The notes: generated by a model not told the origin, from the sequence alone. Numbered from the stretch's first letter, positions 1 to 14,666 are shown. The stretch is DNA of 64,000 nt from Leucoraja ocellata (GCA_036785375.1 JAWMAR010000551.1:372001-436000), one strand, 5' to 3'. A program made the numbers and translations.

Positions 1-466
1 GTGGATTACGGATATGTCCGAGACGCTACATTTGGAAAACATTAGGCTTGTCTTGGCGGAAAAACCAGATCAATTTCTTAAGACATGGTTACCTTTTACT
101 GAATTTCTGCAATAACAGAATGGTTAAACACAAATTTAAATTTAAATCCGACGCCAGGGATGGGTGAGGGGGGGAGGGGGGGATATCTCCATCTTTTCTT
201 TTCTTATTTCTTTTCTTTTCTCCTGCACTGCTTTGGTAGTTTAGGGGTCATTTTCCTGTTCTTCTGTATTTTACTTTTTTACCCTTCATTCCTTTCCTTC
301 TTCTTTCTTTGTTTTCCTTTTTTTAAAATCTTTTTTCTTGTTGTTTTGATTTAGGCTACAAGGTTAAAAATGAAGCTGTACAATAATAGTATAACTGTTA
401 TGCCGATCGTCTTATCCTTGTACAATTGCTTCTAATAAAATAAATAATTAAAAAATAATAATAATA
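1..466 (+). mobile_element. 3' end of an L1-clade LINE (ORF2 C-terminus, 3' UTR, A-rich tail)
   Basis: Frame 2..115 reads WITDMSETLHLENIRLVLAEKPDQFLKTWLPFTEFLQ*, matching the LE.I...F.K.W.PF C-terminal pattern of fish-type L1 ORF2. A T-rich UTR follows, then AATAAA and an (AAT)n/A tail at about 434-466. Confidence 0.75.
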
Positions 467-1980
467 TTAATTGGAGCCAGAAAACATTTCTTATTGATTA
501 GGAATTTGTTTGATGGTTGAAAATAAAAATAAACTATCCTGGAGTCAGTTGTCATGTTGGGTTTCCAACACGTGGAAGTACTGGTCGGAATGTTAATTTA
601 CAGGAAACTTGGGCTACATTGAAATACTTGGAAGCATATTACAGCAGAGATGTTTAAAATTCTGAGAAGCCTAGATGTTGTGAATAGGCCGGACCTTTTT
701 TCGTTAACAGAGAAGTCAATATTTGAAGGTCATAGATATAAAGTATTATTAAATCATTTGTTGAAGAATTTTGTTTCCAGCCGGTGTATAGAGGGTCTGG
801 AATTGGATCTCAGTATATCGATACTGGAATCAACGTGATATTTTAAAAGTTATGTGATGCATCATATCCAGGCCAGGGCTTGAGAATTGAAGATGCGATT
901 AGTTTCAATCTATTTTATGGTAGACATGGACACATCAGTGCTGCAAATTTTCACAATTATCCGAGAAGGTTCTCTGCCGGGGTGGTGGCATAAATAGCAT
1001 TAAGACCTGTAATAACGTGGAAATCACCTTAAAACAGTTTTGGAGTCTTAACGAGTAAACTGAAGTTGCACTGAAGCAATGACCAAAGTAAACAATGCGG
1101 TTGCTTGAAGGACCCAGTGAGTTTTGCGAGTCTGATACATTATTTAACGTATTTGGAAAATAAGGACGTCAGTTCTTGAACTTTTTACAAGAGGATTGAA
1201 ATAATAATGTGTTATTAATATTAATAATGAATACATTAACATGCCTTTTCCCAGGTCCTGCTATTTTTTATTAAGTACACACAAAAGAATTTTATGGAAA
1301 TAGATTTGGTGCTCAAATTGCATTGTCAATTTCACTCTTATTCAACAAGAGCAAAAAACGGGTTCTGCAAAGATAAGATTTTATCACTGATATTGATCTT
1401 TATAGCCGCTACTCAACATTTGACTATTTGGTTGAAATGTTAACTTTGCCTGGGCAATAAAGAATGGGACAAGTGGGTGGCTTAACTAATGGACATGCAT
1501 TCTGAATTAACTCCACTCACTGCCATTTTAGTGGAACTTTTTTTTGATTTTGTGATAGGAAGTGGCAAGAGGCAAAATATTAACACTAAGCTGTCTTGAA
1601 CCAAACAAGTCTCATGGAAGATAGACACACAATGCTGGAGTAATTCAGTAGATCAGGCAGCATCTCTGGAGAAAAGGAGTTGGTCTCATGGAATAGTCAG
1701 AGTAATAGTTTCATGGATGTCTTAGTCAGTGGTTGAATCATTAACAACATTGGGCTGGATTGGTGGCTCAGAGCAATTACATCATTCGCCTCCCATAAAG
1801 CAATGCACTGCATAACCTAGCCATGTTGTAATTATAACATAGAACAGTGCAGCACAGGAACATACTCTTAGGCCTACAATGTCCATGCTGAATATGATGC
1901 CAAGTTGAACTATTATAAACCCACTATTATAACCCTATTATTATAAACCCACATATTATATACCTAGCCATATTAGATAC

Positions 1981-2705
1981 CTAGACTACACTTCTTCCCA
2001 CTCTGCTTCTTGTAAAGACCCCATCCCCTATTCCCAATTCCTCGCTGCACCCAAGATGAGGTGTCCAATACCAGGACATCGGAGATGTCCTCATTCTTTA
2101 GGGAACGGGGGTTCCCCTCTTTCATCATAGATGATGCCTACAATAGGGTCTCTTCGTTATCCCGCAGCTCTGCTCTTGCTCCCCTCCCCCCAGTCGCAAC
2201 AGGGACAGAGTCCCCCTAGTCCTCACCTTCCACCCAACAGCCGTCGCATACAGCACATAATCCTCCGACATTTTAGCCACCTGCAACGGGATCCCACCAC
2301 TAACCACATCTTCCAGTCTCCACCCCTTTCCACTTTTTGCAGAGATCGTTCCCTCCGCAACTCCCGGAGAAATTCAAGTGGTTAGCAACCAGGAGATCCA
2401 ATAGGCCTTGGCCAACCAATTGCAAGTGTTTGACGAAAGGGTCGCAAAGTCTACACTCGGTCTCGCTGATGTACAGGAGGCCACATCTGGAACACCGAAT
2501 GCAGTAACCCATTACATATCCATCTTAATATCCACCAGGCGTTGTCCTGCCCCTCCTCCCTTCCAGCTCCCCTCTCCTTACAATCAGTCAGAAGAAGGGT
2601 CATGACCCAAATCATTAGCTATCCAGGTTCTCCAGAGATGCTGCCTGATCCGTTACTCCAGCACTGTGTTCTTTTTTGTAAATCAGCATCTGCAATTACT
2701 TGTGT
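1981..2705 (+). mobile_element. Penelope-like element remnant with an internally inverted GIY-YIG segment
   Basis: The + strand gives IPYSQFL...SFFRERGFP...RDRVPLVLTFHP...RIQHIILRHF (PLE RT thumb/linker). About 2370-2510 on the - strand gives YCIRCSRCGLLYISET...VANH (GIY-YIG). A + strand PLE terminal repeat follows. Confidence 0.75.
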
Positions 2706-3194
2706 CTGCCTGATAGAAGATTCAACACATTCCATCAGCTTCTGTGCCTTATTGACACATGAGTAATGCAACCACAGCAGTTCATATTTGGCAACATTGT
2801 AAGGCAGGTGACCAAATGTGTGAAATGAGGATTAATTCAATGGCAAATATTAGAACTGCATTTCATTCATTTTCCAGCACAAAACTTGATCTTAAAGGTT
2901 AACTAACCTTTGTGCCATGTATCTTTCTTCTGAGTGTTGTGGTTTCCTCCATGCTGGTTGGTAGGGTATTTGGTAATAGGTAATTTAATTCTGGTACATG
3001 TGGGTAGGAGGAGATTCCAGGGGCAATTGGTGCGTTGAAATAGGTGCAGGAATGGAAACATTCTGTGAGCAGGCATTGACTCAAGGGGCGAAATTACCTC
3101 TTTCTATGCTGCGAGTGATAGAAAGTACTGTAGAAATATACACTCTCTCTCCAGAGACCCCAGTACATCTAGAAAAAAGCTACCATGATTAGAT

Positions 3195-3290
3195 CTGAAG
3201 AAGGGTCTCGACCCGAAATGTCACCCATTCCTTCTCTCCAGTGATGCTGCCTGCCCCGCTGAGTTACTCCAGCTTTTTGTGTCTATCTAC
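3195..3290 (+). mobile_element. PLE terminal-repeat fragment with a hammerhead-like core
   Basis: CTGAAGAAGGGTCTCGACCCGAAATGTCACCCATTCC...GCTGAGTTACTCCAGC; the same module recurs more than 10 times in the window. Confidence 0.7.
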
Positions 3291-3572
3291 CATTCTGTAG
3301 AGACCTATGCCAATGAGTTCTGTGCGCTGAAAACTGCAATTGGCCGTTGGTTGCTGTCAGGGCAACTCAGGAGGGCTGACCTGCTCGCTCATTTCTCCAG
3401 AGCATCCCACCCCACCTTCCATCACGTGTCACCTGCCCTTTGCTTTATCGATTGGAGTAAATGCCTACAAGCCTGTTGTGGATCTCCACCAGAGGAACAG
3501 TAAACTCCCCCAAATGGCTGAGAGCACATGACAGCATTTTTTAAACCCTGTTTGAAATAAATCACTAAAGTA

Positions 3573-3727
3573 ACCATATAACAAAACCATATAACAATTA
3601 CAGCACGGAAACAGGCCATCTTGGCCTTACAAGTCCGTGCCGAATAAAAAAAATTTCCTCTTAGTCCCACCTGCCTACACTCATACCATAACCCTCCATT
3701 CCCTTCTCATCCATATGCCTATCCAAG
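3573..3727 (-). mobile_element. CR1-like LINE 3' tail, (ATATGGTT)n subfamily
   Basis: Near-identical to the tails at 35033-35275, 45453-46051 and 57980-58157; the 45453 copy is attached to CR1 ORF2 sequence (YKALVRPILEY). Confidence 0.75.
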
Positions 3728-6597
3728 TGAGGAATGAATGGACTGAATCACTGGTTGTATTCACAAACTGTAAATATTGTATCTTGGTTTGATAATAGAA
3801 TGTTGTGACCTTAGACGTGGAGCTCAGAGTTGTGAGCATTTTTCATTTATTAATGGCAATTCTTGCTGTAGTCAGAATTTCATTCTCCAGGTTTGCATTA
3901 GCCATTACAAACCAACCACATTTTTGACACCATGACTTCTTTCGAAAACAAATTTATTTCTTTATTATAACAGTTATTTGAGCAGTGATTCCTGTTTGTG
4001 CCAGATGTGAATCTTCACTCGATTGCTTCAAAAGTACTTCAAATTTAGAGAAAATGGAAATCATGTGCCTTTCAGTGACTTAAATATTAGGTCTTAATTT
4101 AAAAGAAAGAGGCAAATCACTTTACTGAACTAACATTAAATTTGATCAAATTACAGTGATAATACAGAATTTATTTTTCTCAACTGCTGTTCACATGGCT
4201 GTCAGAAAGTAATGAAAAATGAGGATTATTTTTCCAAGTGAAGGTTGAAATCAATATGATTGACAGACTGTATTAAGATTTGTAGTCTTTAAGTATTTTG
4301 GGACTTGGGGCATCTTGGAACTTCGATTTCACAACAATTGAATGGTCCCATGTAGCAATGTGCAGTGGCTATTTTATATAAAGATTCCAGTTAGTAAATA
4401 TTGAACAATATGTTGCTAAATATCACACTTAAACAGTGATTTTCTGACTGGTCCCTCATGACAACGAGCAGATATTTCAATAGGTAGTTGGAGGCATACG
4501 TTTCTGGTCAATATACAACACCCAATGGTTGCAATGGTTTGTGAATACGTTTTCCACTAATTATCTTTGGATGAAGGATCTGTCGAATGGTTAAAGGTAG
4601 TAATCACTTTACCGACACTCATCCGGCAGTTACAGACCAGTACAAACCATGGCAGAATATAAAATGGGTGGGAAGGCTGGTTGTGCAGCCAATGTACTGA
4701 GTCATTTGCCAGGCTTGCTTTGCAAATCAACTATGCACCTAACAAAGTAAATCTTGATATCAACATTTTTCTGCACACCGATTCTGCGAGATGCCAGCCT
4801 TTGCACCTTTGAACTGACTTTTATTCTTGTGTTTCTCTGCTGTTCATTGAATTAACCACCTGAAATTTTCAAAGATGTGCTTTAGTTATAAAATGCATTG
4901 GTGAAATAACATTTGAAGTACTGCATACAATATTGGTCTGATTGCTTATGGATGTTAATGTGTTCAAAGCACTTCAGAGATGACTGATAAGTAAATGGAG
5001 ACATTGATGTTGGTAATCGTTTATTATTGTTAGGTATACCTGTACTGAGATACAATGAAGATCTTTGCTTGGCATGCTACCCTGGCAGTTTCTACCGTAC
5101 ATGAATACGACAGGTAATGCAAAGAAAATAAACAGTGCATAATATAGTGATACAGCTACAGAGAAAGTGGACACAAACAAAAACGTGCAAGTGGGTGAGC
5201 TGTCTTGTGAGACAATCTTAACAAGGTTTGGGTTGTCACCTTTGGAATTAACAAGGACTTGATTGAAACAGGATGGTTGTTATTGTTTCCTCTTATTGGA
5301 AAGACTAGACTGAGTGGTCACTGTTACAAAAGATGGGTTACTCATTTTAGACAGATGAAGTGAAGAGCAGAAATTAAGACAGAAATAGGTTAAAAAAGTG
5401 TGAAATGTTACCTCAGGCAGAAAGGGGAGTTGATTATTATCAGATTAATTGTATCATTAAAAAGTAGAATAAGATGGAGGCGGCAAATGGCCTACATCTG
5501 CTTCACAAAAAAGTGTTAACTGGAGGTCTATTCTTCTCTACTTTGATTGCTGGTGGGGTGCCATCTCTTCTTCCACTTCACAGTGTGGGTTGTAAGAATG
5601 CTATCATCTTTCTTATCAATTTATGCAATGAGGATGGATGGAAGAAAGCCTGGGGCAAAAACATTACCTAAAGGAATTAACGGAAGACCCTCAGGTAAGG
5701 CTTCTTTGGTTTCACAGACACAAAGAAGATGGGTAGATCTAAGCAGGACCCAGATGGGACAATGGTGATGTGGTCACACCATGCATATATGAAGTCAGAC
5801 TCTGGTCTACCTGTGAATGTAGTAACATGGATCAAGCAATGGATTACATCATTACATCATGCTCTTGATGCAAATATATTTCATAAGTTCATAAGTGATA
5901 GGAGTAGAATCAGGCCATTCGGCCCATCAAGTCTACTCCACCATTCAATCATGGCTGATCTACCTCTCGCTCTCATAATCGCATTCTCCTGCCTTATCCC
6001 CATATCCTCTGACACCTCTGATATTAAAAATATCCCAAAGATTAACTCCCTTCCCAAAAAAAGTCAGAAACCACAAAATCAGTTTATAACTGTCACCCTG
6101 GCCTTGTGCAAGAAGGTGAACTGAATTTTTGTGGTAATCAAAACTAAAAATTTGCTCAAGCACAGTTAACATGGAGAGGGTCTTGTTAAACAGGGACGAT
6201 ACCAAAGCTAAGGCATCTGTCAGGAATGCAGAAGCAAAATGTTGCTGATGTTGGAAACCTAAAATAAAGTAAAAAAAATACTGGAAATATTCAGCATAGA
6301 AACAGAAATTTTATTTGGCAAGAATATATATTTATTTGTTTACCGCAAGAAATAAAACACTGGATGAAGTCAACAGGTCAGGCAGCATCTGTGGAGGGAA
6401 ATGGACAGACAACATTTTGGGTCAGGACCTTTCATTAGACTTATCAAGTTGAGGGAGAAGGCTGGTGAAGAAAGGAGGGTGAGAGGTGGGCAAAGCCTGG
6501 CAAGTGATAGGTGGATACAGCAAGTGATTGGCAAATTTATTTATCACATTAAGCACATCAGTGCCTCTACTTCCTGAGAAGATTACGGAGAGTCGGT

Positions 6598-7119
6598 TTG
6601 TCAAGGAGGACTCTCTCTGACTTCTACAGGTGCACAGTAGAGATTATGCTGACTGGTTGCATCGTGGCTTGGTTCGGCAACTTGAGTGCCCTGGAGAGGA
6701 AGAGACTACAAAAAGTAATAAACACTGCCCAGTCCATCATCGGCTCTGACCTTCCTTCCATCGAGGGGATTTATCGCAGTCGCTGCCTCAAAAAGGCTGG
6801 CAGTATCATCAAAGACCCACACCATCCTGGCCACACACTCATCTCCCTGCTACTTTCAGGTAGAAGGTATAGGAGCCTGAAGACTGCAAATACCAGGTTC
6901 GGGAATAGCTACTTCCCCACAGCCATCAGACTATTAAACCTGGCCCGGACAAAACTCTGATCATTAATAACCCATTATCTGTTATTTGCACTTTATCAGT
7001 TTATTTATTCATGTGTTGTAGTCAATGCCTACTATGTTCTGTTGTACTGAAGCAAAGCAAGAATTTCATTGTCCTATCAGGGACACATGACAATAAACTC
7101 ACTTGAACTTGAACTTGAA
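6598..7119 (+). mobile_element. Rex1/Babar-like LINE 3' end
   Basis: ORF 6598..6960 reads FYRCTVE..LTGCIVAWFGN...LQKVINTAQSIIG..LPSI..IY..RCLKKA..IIKDPHHPGH.L..LL.SGRRYRS. The 3' UTR has GACAATAAA and a (CTTGAA)n tail. Confidence 0.8.
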
Positions 7120-10100
7120 ATGGGTCGAGTTAATGACAAAGGCGAAGGAAGAGGAGGTGTATAATGTACAGCCAGAGGGATATGGGTGGATTTACTTGTT
7201 TTGTTATGTTGCATCTAATGTGCCTGTAAAGCTGCAGCAAATAAGGATTTCAATTAGAAGCTTTGGAAATCTCTTGAATACAGGCTTGTTGTAAATATGG
7301 ATAGGAGAAACACATCTAAGAAAAATATGGATCTAAACATTAGTCAAAGTGGAAAGGCTAAACAACCTTGTCCGCATAAGCTGATACATAGAAGCCCTTA
7401 GAAGTTAGAAAGGACAAAAGTGCCCGCATATTTAGGAGTAATAAGGAGTCTCACCTTCTCTCTTGGTGGGCAGGAGAGTCTTGTAGTGATCCTGCTTTGT
7501 AATGTTATAATGACACTCGCTGGAACACTATGTCTCTGGCAAGAGCATGCATTTAAGGCCAGGGTTATATCTTGTAAATAAATGATTAACTCTTTTAAAG
7601 TACCTGCACTGTGCTTCAGTGTTATGTGAAGATGCCGCAAATTGATGAGAAGGGCAGTGTCCCATGTAGTTATCTGTCAAGATCACTTGACAAGCTTTAA
7701 ATGCTTTTACTACCAACACTGACATTTCATCCTATTTTCCTGCGGCCACTTGCACTGAATCTTGTTTGTGTGAAGGCGAGAGTGCTTGATATAGCAAGCC
7801 AGAGTGGCAAGGTATAACATCACCAGACCATTGCAAGCCCCAGGTTTAGCTGCATTTGTATAGAATGGGCAGTACGGAGATGCAGTGTCCATCCCTGTTG
7901 CCTTACAGCTCCAGAGTCCTTGGTTCAATCCTGATCTTCTATGCTATCTTCCTTGAGTTCCAGCTACTGCAGTGTTCTGCATCTCATAGTTCAATAGGTT
8001 TTTTTTTCTCTCTAACGAGATAGCTCCAAAAATGTTGTGCCACCGGGTCAGCCTTGGTCTCTACTATATCCCTCTGTCTGCTCCACCCTTTCCCCTCCCT
8101 GTAACCCAAAGCACACTTTTCCCAGGGTGTGAAAGGTGATTGATTTGAAACAATAATCCTGTTTCTCCTTCCACAAATGCCAGCTGACATGCTGAGTCTC
8201 TTTGGCATTTGCTGCTTTAATTTCAGAGAATGAGTGTTGGTTGTCATGTAGGAGTAGACAGTAGGGTTCTGGTGGCAGGAATGAGATAGTGCTGAGATTT
8301 GCTGATATACACCGGTTGGGGGGAATTTACACATCCAACAGATGTCAGATGCCTCTCGGTTACTCTTTGTACTGATGAATGCTTAAGCCTGTCTGCTTTG
8401 CTGAACATCTCAACTTTCCCTCCCCCTCTGCCTCTGCAGCAGCAAGGGATTGCCTGGGGAATCGGATTCTAGCCCAGCACCAGGGTGAACTGCATCTCCT
8501 TGTTCTTGCATTGGTCTTTAGTAGCAGAGTGTCGACTCCCAAAGTGTGTGTTACAGCACCGGGAATCTGCTCCAAGCACCGCAAAATATTTTTGGGGCTT
8601 AAAACTTGAAGAAGCCAATGAATTGTAGAGAATGCATGAAGGAAATAGACCCTTGGCCCACCGTGTCCACGCTATCCATCAATCAACCATCCAATTTGGA
8701 AATGTGAATGAGTTTCACAATCTCAATCTTTTCCGGATTATGCGTGGAAGGGCTGTTTAGCACCTTGGAAAATAAATGACATCTGGTGATTCTGGTCGAT
8801 TGTACTCTTCAATAAAATTAGTGGAAAGTAGAATTATGTGGAGTACCAAATTTGACATTCCATCTGATCCTTCAGAATACCTACAGTGGCATTGTGAAGC
8901 ATTGATAAGGCTCAGAGTATTGGTTTCATAATTTGGTTCCCTCTTTGCTAACATGGCAACCATGTGGGACTTTTACACTTGCCAACAATTCCCATTGCGG
9001 ACAAACTGAATCTGTATCCTCCCAATTTGTTTAATTATTCTTCCGCAGATTTGTGACTGAAGAAACAGGGCCAATATTTTTTTTCATATAGCTCTGAAAT
9101 GCTCCGAGCTGCAAATGAAGGGTCCAAAGTGATTGAAATAGCAAGCAGGATGTTAATGCCTTCTTCTTCAATGAGCCTTGAAAACAGCCATAGTAATGTC
9201 TTTGCTAGATTTGATGCCAATGCAAGTTAATTTTTCACAGGCAAAACTCTGCATTCTTGTACCAGAAGCAATTTTTATTTTAAAATCACTTTTTTTCCTT
9301 CATGTCTTTTAAATAAAACAATTTAACTAAAAATGTTCAAAGCGCAACAATGCAGAACAATGGCCCAATGAAATTACCCGGGCCAAACGACAATAGAAGT
9401 AAATGCACCATAAAGTTCCTCCAAATAAGTAATTACAGTCAAAATTCTTTACCCTTCAAAATATAAATCAAATGCATTATCAATAAACACAGAATATATG
9501 ATTTGTATTTTTTCTGGTGACTGTAATAACAATGTGCACCTTTGCTGTTTGAAAGAAATGTGGTTTGTTCATGTAGATGATTTAAAGCCCACTGATATTA
9601 TTTCAAAAAATTCTGTTTTATGGAGGGAGTTGAACGTTTTTACTCATGCAGTAAGTGTGTTATGTTGCATATTTTATCCCCTTGCTTTTGGAGAAGGCTA
9701 CTTTTGCTTGCAGTTAGCAGTAAATAAAATGGAAACTATCGATGAAAACCTACATGACAGAAAGATTTTGGGTACAATATATATTCTCTCCTTCTGGATA
9801 CCTTTGACAGAGCTTTAAGATTCTGTACTTTTATTTTATCAAAATTAGGGTAGATGTGTCAATGATTTATGAAAAAGGAAATCTTAATTTGACGTATTCT
9901 GTCTGACATCAGGAGTTCCCGGTTCATTTATATTGCTGCAGGGTGTTATTTCCATTGCTCTGTTTATTTTTAATCATCTGTCATCTCTGAGTGTTATGGT
10001 TATGTTTCCTGTATTTCTGCCTGCTTTCCCTTCAGAACTATAATACATGCTAATAGTATTCATCTACATTCTGCACATAATGGGTTTCGTGAGAAACCAC

Positions 10101-11104
10101 TGGATTAGCTTCTCAGTGACCGAGTGCTCATGTGCTTTTAACTTCAGATCTGCCCTGTACCTGATCTTACAATTTCTCTTGCTTCACCTAAATTCCATGG
10201 TGAATTTCTCTGTCACCCATTGCAATATTAATGGCCCGATTTATGTAATTTTCCTATTAAATCTGTCTGCATTTTCCTGCCATTTTAGAATACATCTCTG
10301 GATGGAATTTCCAGCCCCTTTTTATGCCAATATGACCATATCAAATACTACAGGACATAGTTTGAAGGTGAAAGAGACAAAGTATAAAGGAGATGTGCCA
10401 GTCAAGATTATTTTGCACAGATGATGGTGGCACCTGAAACATATTGTCAGGTTGAGGCAGATATGATAGTGGCATTTGAATTATGTGCAGGCAGATTCTT
10501 GGCATCATGTTCGGCACAGACATTGTGGTTTGAAGAGCCTATTCTTGTGTTGTACTGATCTATAGTCTATGATGCAAAAGAATCAGAGGCCCAGAAAGAA
10601 ATGCAGAAACACTTTCATCCAAATCTGAAAAAGATATGTAGGTCAGTTTCTGAAGAAGGGTCCCGACCTGAAATGTCACCTATCCATGTTTTTCAGGGAT
10701 CCTGACTAACGGCTGAGTTACCCCAGCACTTTGTGTCTTCTAAGGTTAGTTTCGAGTTTTCTAACACAACTTGCAGTATCCCGGCAATTATAAATGATTT
10801 GTGACTAAGCCTCCATGTATGTGAGATAGAATTGCATGCACTGTTGCAGTCTGAGAAAGACAGAAATATCATTGGGCAATACTGACTTTGTGTCATCATA
10901 AAAATCGACAGTGTGATTTGTTGTGTGTCATTAGGTCTCTGAGTAGAAAATGGATCAATAAACAAATCTTAAGTGCAGCAGTTCTTTATGATGTTAAATG
11001 GAGATCTGGATTAAAGGTAGAATCTCTTGTGATACTGAAATACAGCATCATTATGCACAGAAGGAGGATTTTCAGCCTATAAACTCCATACTAATCTCCA
11101 TAAG

Positions 11105-11345
11105 AGTCAGTAGAAGGGCCTCGATCCGAAACGTCACCTATTCCTTTTCTCCAGAGATGCTGTCTGACCCACTGAGTTGCTCCAGCTTTTTGTGTCTATC
11201 TTCGGTTTAAACCAACATCTGCAGATCCTTCCTATACAAACTCCATATTGGCGATAGACAAATAATGCTGGAGTAACTCAGCGGGACAGGCAGCATCTCT
11301 GGAGAGAAGGAATGGATGACGTTTCAAGTCAAGTCCCTTCTTCAT
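11105..11345. mobile_element. Inverted pair of PLE terminal repeats
   Basis: A + copy (GAAGGGCCTCGATCCGAAACGTC...CTCCAGC) is followed by a - copy (GCTGGAGTAACTCAGC...GACGTTTC). Confidence 0.65.
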
Positions 11346-13177
11346 GTCCATATGGTTCTTTGTTTGAGGAATCTAATCATTCTGCTTTTTCCATGGAGTC
11401 CTGCAAGTCATTTACCTGTAAGTGTTGGTCCAATTCCCTTCTAAATGCCCTGAATGATCTGTTTCTAATTCCCTCACGGGCAGTGAGTTGCAGACTGAAT
11501 ACAAACTGCATGAAAATGCTTTTCCTCAGTTTCTCCAGAAGCTGCGGTGTCCCGATACTTTAACCAACTGCCAATGGTAATTACATTAAGTGGGTGAAAT
11601 TGAAGAATTGTTACACATTACAAGAAATACATAATGTCTTTAAGGCACAAACGCCTAACAAGTAATCCAAATTGATCCAATCCAGTAATCCAATCCACAT
11701 TCGATGAAGGATCTTTGACCCAAGACATTGACTCTGTCTTTCTTCCCATAGATGCAGCCTGACTTGCTGAGTATTTCCGGATTTTTCAGTTTCTATTTTT
11801 AGTTTAGATTACCAGCATCTGCAGCTTCTGTTTTGATTTTCTGATCTGGTTGATATTATGTTCCGGTAAAGCTAGCAGAAAGTAGTTTTGAGTGCGTGAA
11901 CATTTTTTTTTAGGTCAGATGGGAAAGATTCAAAATGGTCCCAAGAGCAACTTTTTCACACACAGGGTAGTGTGTATATGAAATGAGCTGCAAGAGGAAG
12001 TGGTAGAGGTGGGTGTAAATATATTTAAAGTATACTTGGACAGGTATATGGATACAAAATGTTTGGAAGTGTATGGGCCAGGCACAGGCAAGTGGGATTA
12101 GCTAATTTGGGTAAATTAGTCAACATGGATGAATTGGGCCAAATAATCTGTTTCCATGCTGTATATCTCTATCACTCTATGACGTTCCATATTATCTTGT
12201 GACTGGTAAATTGCTTCAGAATGCCTCTAGTGATATTTTAAAGCATGAATGGGGCTCAGCAATTTTCAAAAGTAATTCAAATATAGCTAACAAGGGAAAT
12301 TAAAAAAAGCAATGCACCAATTGAAAAAGGCTTATAACGTTGTCAAAAGAGCAGCAAGCCTGAGGATTGCTACTACTCCAGAATGTATCAAGGGAGGACC
12401 ATGCCATTGGCAAGAAATGGAAAATCAGAATATGAGAGTAATCCAGAAAGTAAAATAAAAATAGACTCCAATGACATCTATTAATGTGCAAAAAGAAAAT
12501 GAAATATAAAATGTCAATCTGGATTATTTGTAGTGAGAAATGGAACATAAAACAGTACAACATAAGAATGGCCCCTCAAGGCCCACAATGTCTATGCTGA
12601 ACATAATGGTTAGAATAACTATATAACTCAATGTCTCATCTTGACCGCTTCCTCTCTACGCTGTATATTGATTTTAGAAAAAAACGCTACCATATATCGC
12701 TATGATTTTTGGCCATCTTACTCAGTCCTCCTCCGCTGAGGCAGCCCTGAGGATTTTTCCGAACGATGAAAAATACAAAAAGTTTATGAGTGTTTACATT
12801 TTTTTTAGATCAGCTGATTGGTACTCTCGCCTGTCAATCATCATGATGAAGGTAATGCCCCTTTCATTGGGGGGGCGGGGGGAGGCGGGGCAGGACTATA
12901 AAACCCCGGATGCCTGGACGCGAGTCAGCCACTCTGGAAGATCGCGAGGGAGAGTGCACAACCGTGATTCTATGCTGTGAATCAACTGAACTGTGAGTCT
13001 GCAATATACTTGCAATAAGTGATTTGTTAGCCCTTAATGACAATGCAATGAGTAGTTTGGCAATTTGGTGGCCTGTATTCTGCTCTAAATGCTATGAAAT
13101 TGAATTTGGTGGCCTGCACTCTGATTGAAATGCAATGAAACTGAATTTGGTGGCCTGCACTCTGCTTGAAATGTTAC

Positions 13178-14666
13178 GAGAGTTTCCTGGACAGGACCTA
13201 CAGTGAGATTGTCACGCCGAGGATACGGGAAGAACGAAGGTGTGTGACTGAGAGAAAGGGTGGTAACCATGGAGTGCAGGAGACACAGATGGCTTTGTCT
13301 AATGAAAACAGGCACGCCCTCTTGGGAACTGTCAGGGGAGACGATGCTTCCTGTCCGAGTGGCGGACACGTCGGTGGCTCCAAACCTAGAGATGGGACTC
13401 GACCAGCTTCGGGCAGAGTCATAGTAGTGGGTGACTCCATTGTCCGAGGTGCAGACAGGAGATTCTGTGGTGGCAGACGAGACGCGAGGATGGTCTGTTG
13501 CCTCCCTGGTGCCAGGGTTCAGGATGTCATGAGCCGAATTCAAAACATCCTTGATAGAGAAGGTGAGTAGCCGGCAGTAGTTGTGCTAGTAGGCACAAAT
13601 GACATCGGGAAGAAGAGGAAGGAGATTCTCCAACTGAGTTCAGAGAGTTATGTCCCTGTCCCACTTAGGAAACCTGAACAGAAACCTCTGGAGACTTTGC
13701 ACCCCACCCAACGTTTCCATGCAGTTCCCGGAGGTTGCAGGTGGTTGCCGGAGGTTGCAGGTAGTGGAAACAGGTAGGGAGACTAACAAAAACCTTCGGG
13801 AACCTCCGGGAACCGCACGGAAACCTTGGGTGGGGCGCAAAGTCTCCAGAGATTTCCATTCAGGTTTCCTAAGTGGGGCAGGGGCATTAGGAAGAAGACT
13901 GAAAAGCAGGACTTCTAGGGTGGTTACCTCTGGATTGCTTCCAGTACCTCGTGCTAGTGAGGACAGGAACAGGGAGATAGGGGACCTGAATGTGTAGCTG
14001 AGGGGCTGGTGCAGGGAGCAAGGATTTAGATTTATAGACCACTGGGATCTCTTCTGGGACAAAAGGGACGGGTCACACCTTAACTGTAGGGGGACCGACA
14101 TTCTGGCAGGCAGGTTTGCTAGTGCTACACGTGTGGGTTTAAACTAAATAGTGAGGGGGAGGGATTGACAAATTGGGAGTATAAAGATGGAGTTGAAGGG
14201 GAAGTGAATACAGCAAAAATTACAAAAGATTCTCGAATTAAAGGGAAGGAAAGTTCGAGAAGGGATAAGAGAGCAAGGTCAGGACCAATTGCGAGCGGTA
14301 CGAGGGGGGACGTGAATACGGACGTCAAAGTGTTGTATATGAATGCGTGAAGTATAAGATATAAAGTGGACGAGCTTGAGGTTCAGTTAGAAATTGGCAA
14401 GTATGATGTTGTGGGAATTACAGAGACATGGCTGCAAGAGGGCCAGGGCTGGGAACTGAATATTCAAGGGTATACCTCCTATCGAAAAGACGGACAGGTG
14501 GGCAGAGGGGGTGGGGTTGCTCTGTTGGTCAGGAATGAAATTCAGTCCCTAGCAAGGGGTGACATTGAAACAGAAGATGTGGAGTCAGTATGGATAGAGC
14601 TAAGGATTTGTAAGGGTACTAAGACCCTAATGGGACATCTTTAGGCCCCCAAACAGTAGCCTGGAT
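13178..14666 (+). mobile_element. CR1-like LINE 5' part: ORF1 SGNH esterase and start of the ORF2 endonuclease (degenerate)
   Basis: VIVVGDSIVRG, CLPGARVQDV and VGTNDIG (ORF1 esterase); VLYMNA, VGITETW and GGGVALLV (APE endonuclease). Contains in-frame stops. Confidence 0.9.
13651..13886. mobile_element. Harbinger/Tourist-like MITE with TTA TSD
   Basis: TTA at 13648-13650 and 13887-13889. TIRs are TGTCCCTGTCCCACTTAGGAAACCTGAA / TTCAGGTTTCCTAAGTGGGGCAGGGGCA, extending about 90 bp. Removing the insert restores CR1 ORF1 (FREL-GRRLKSR). Confidence 0.85.
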
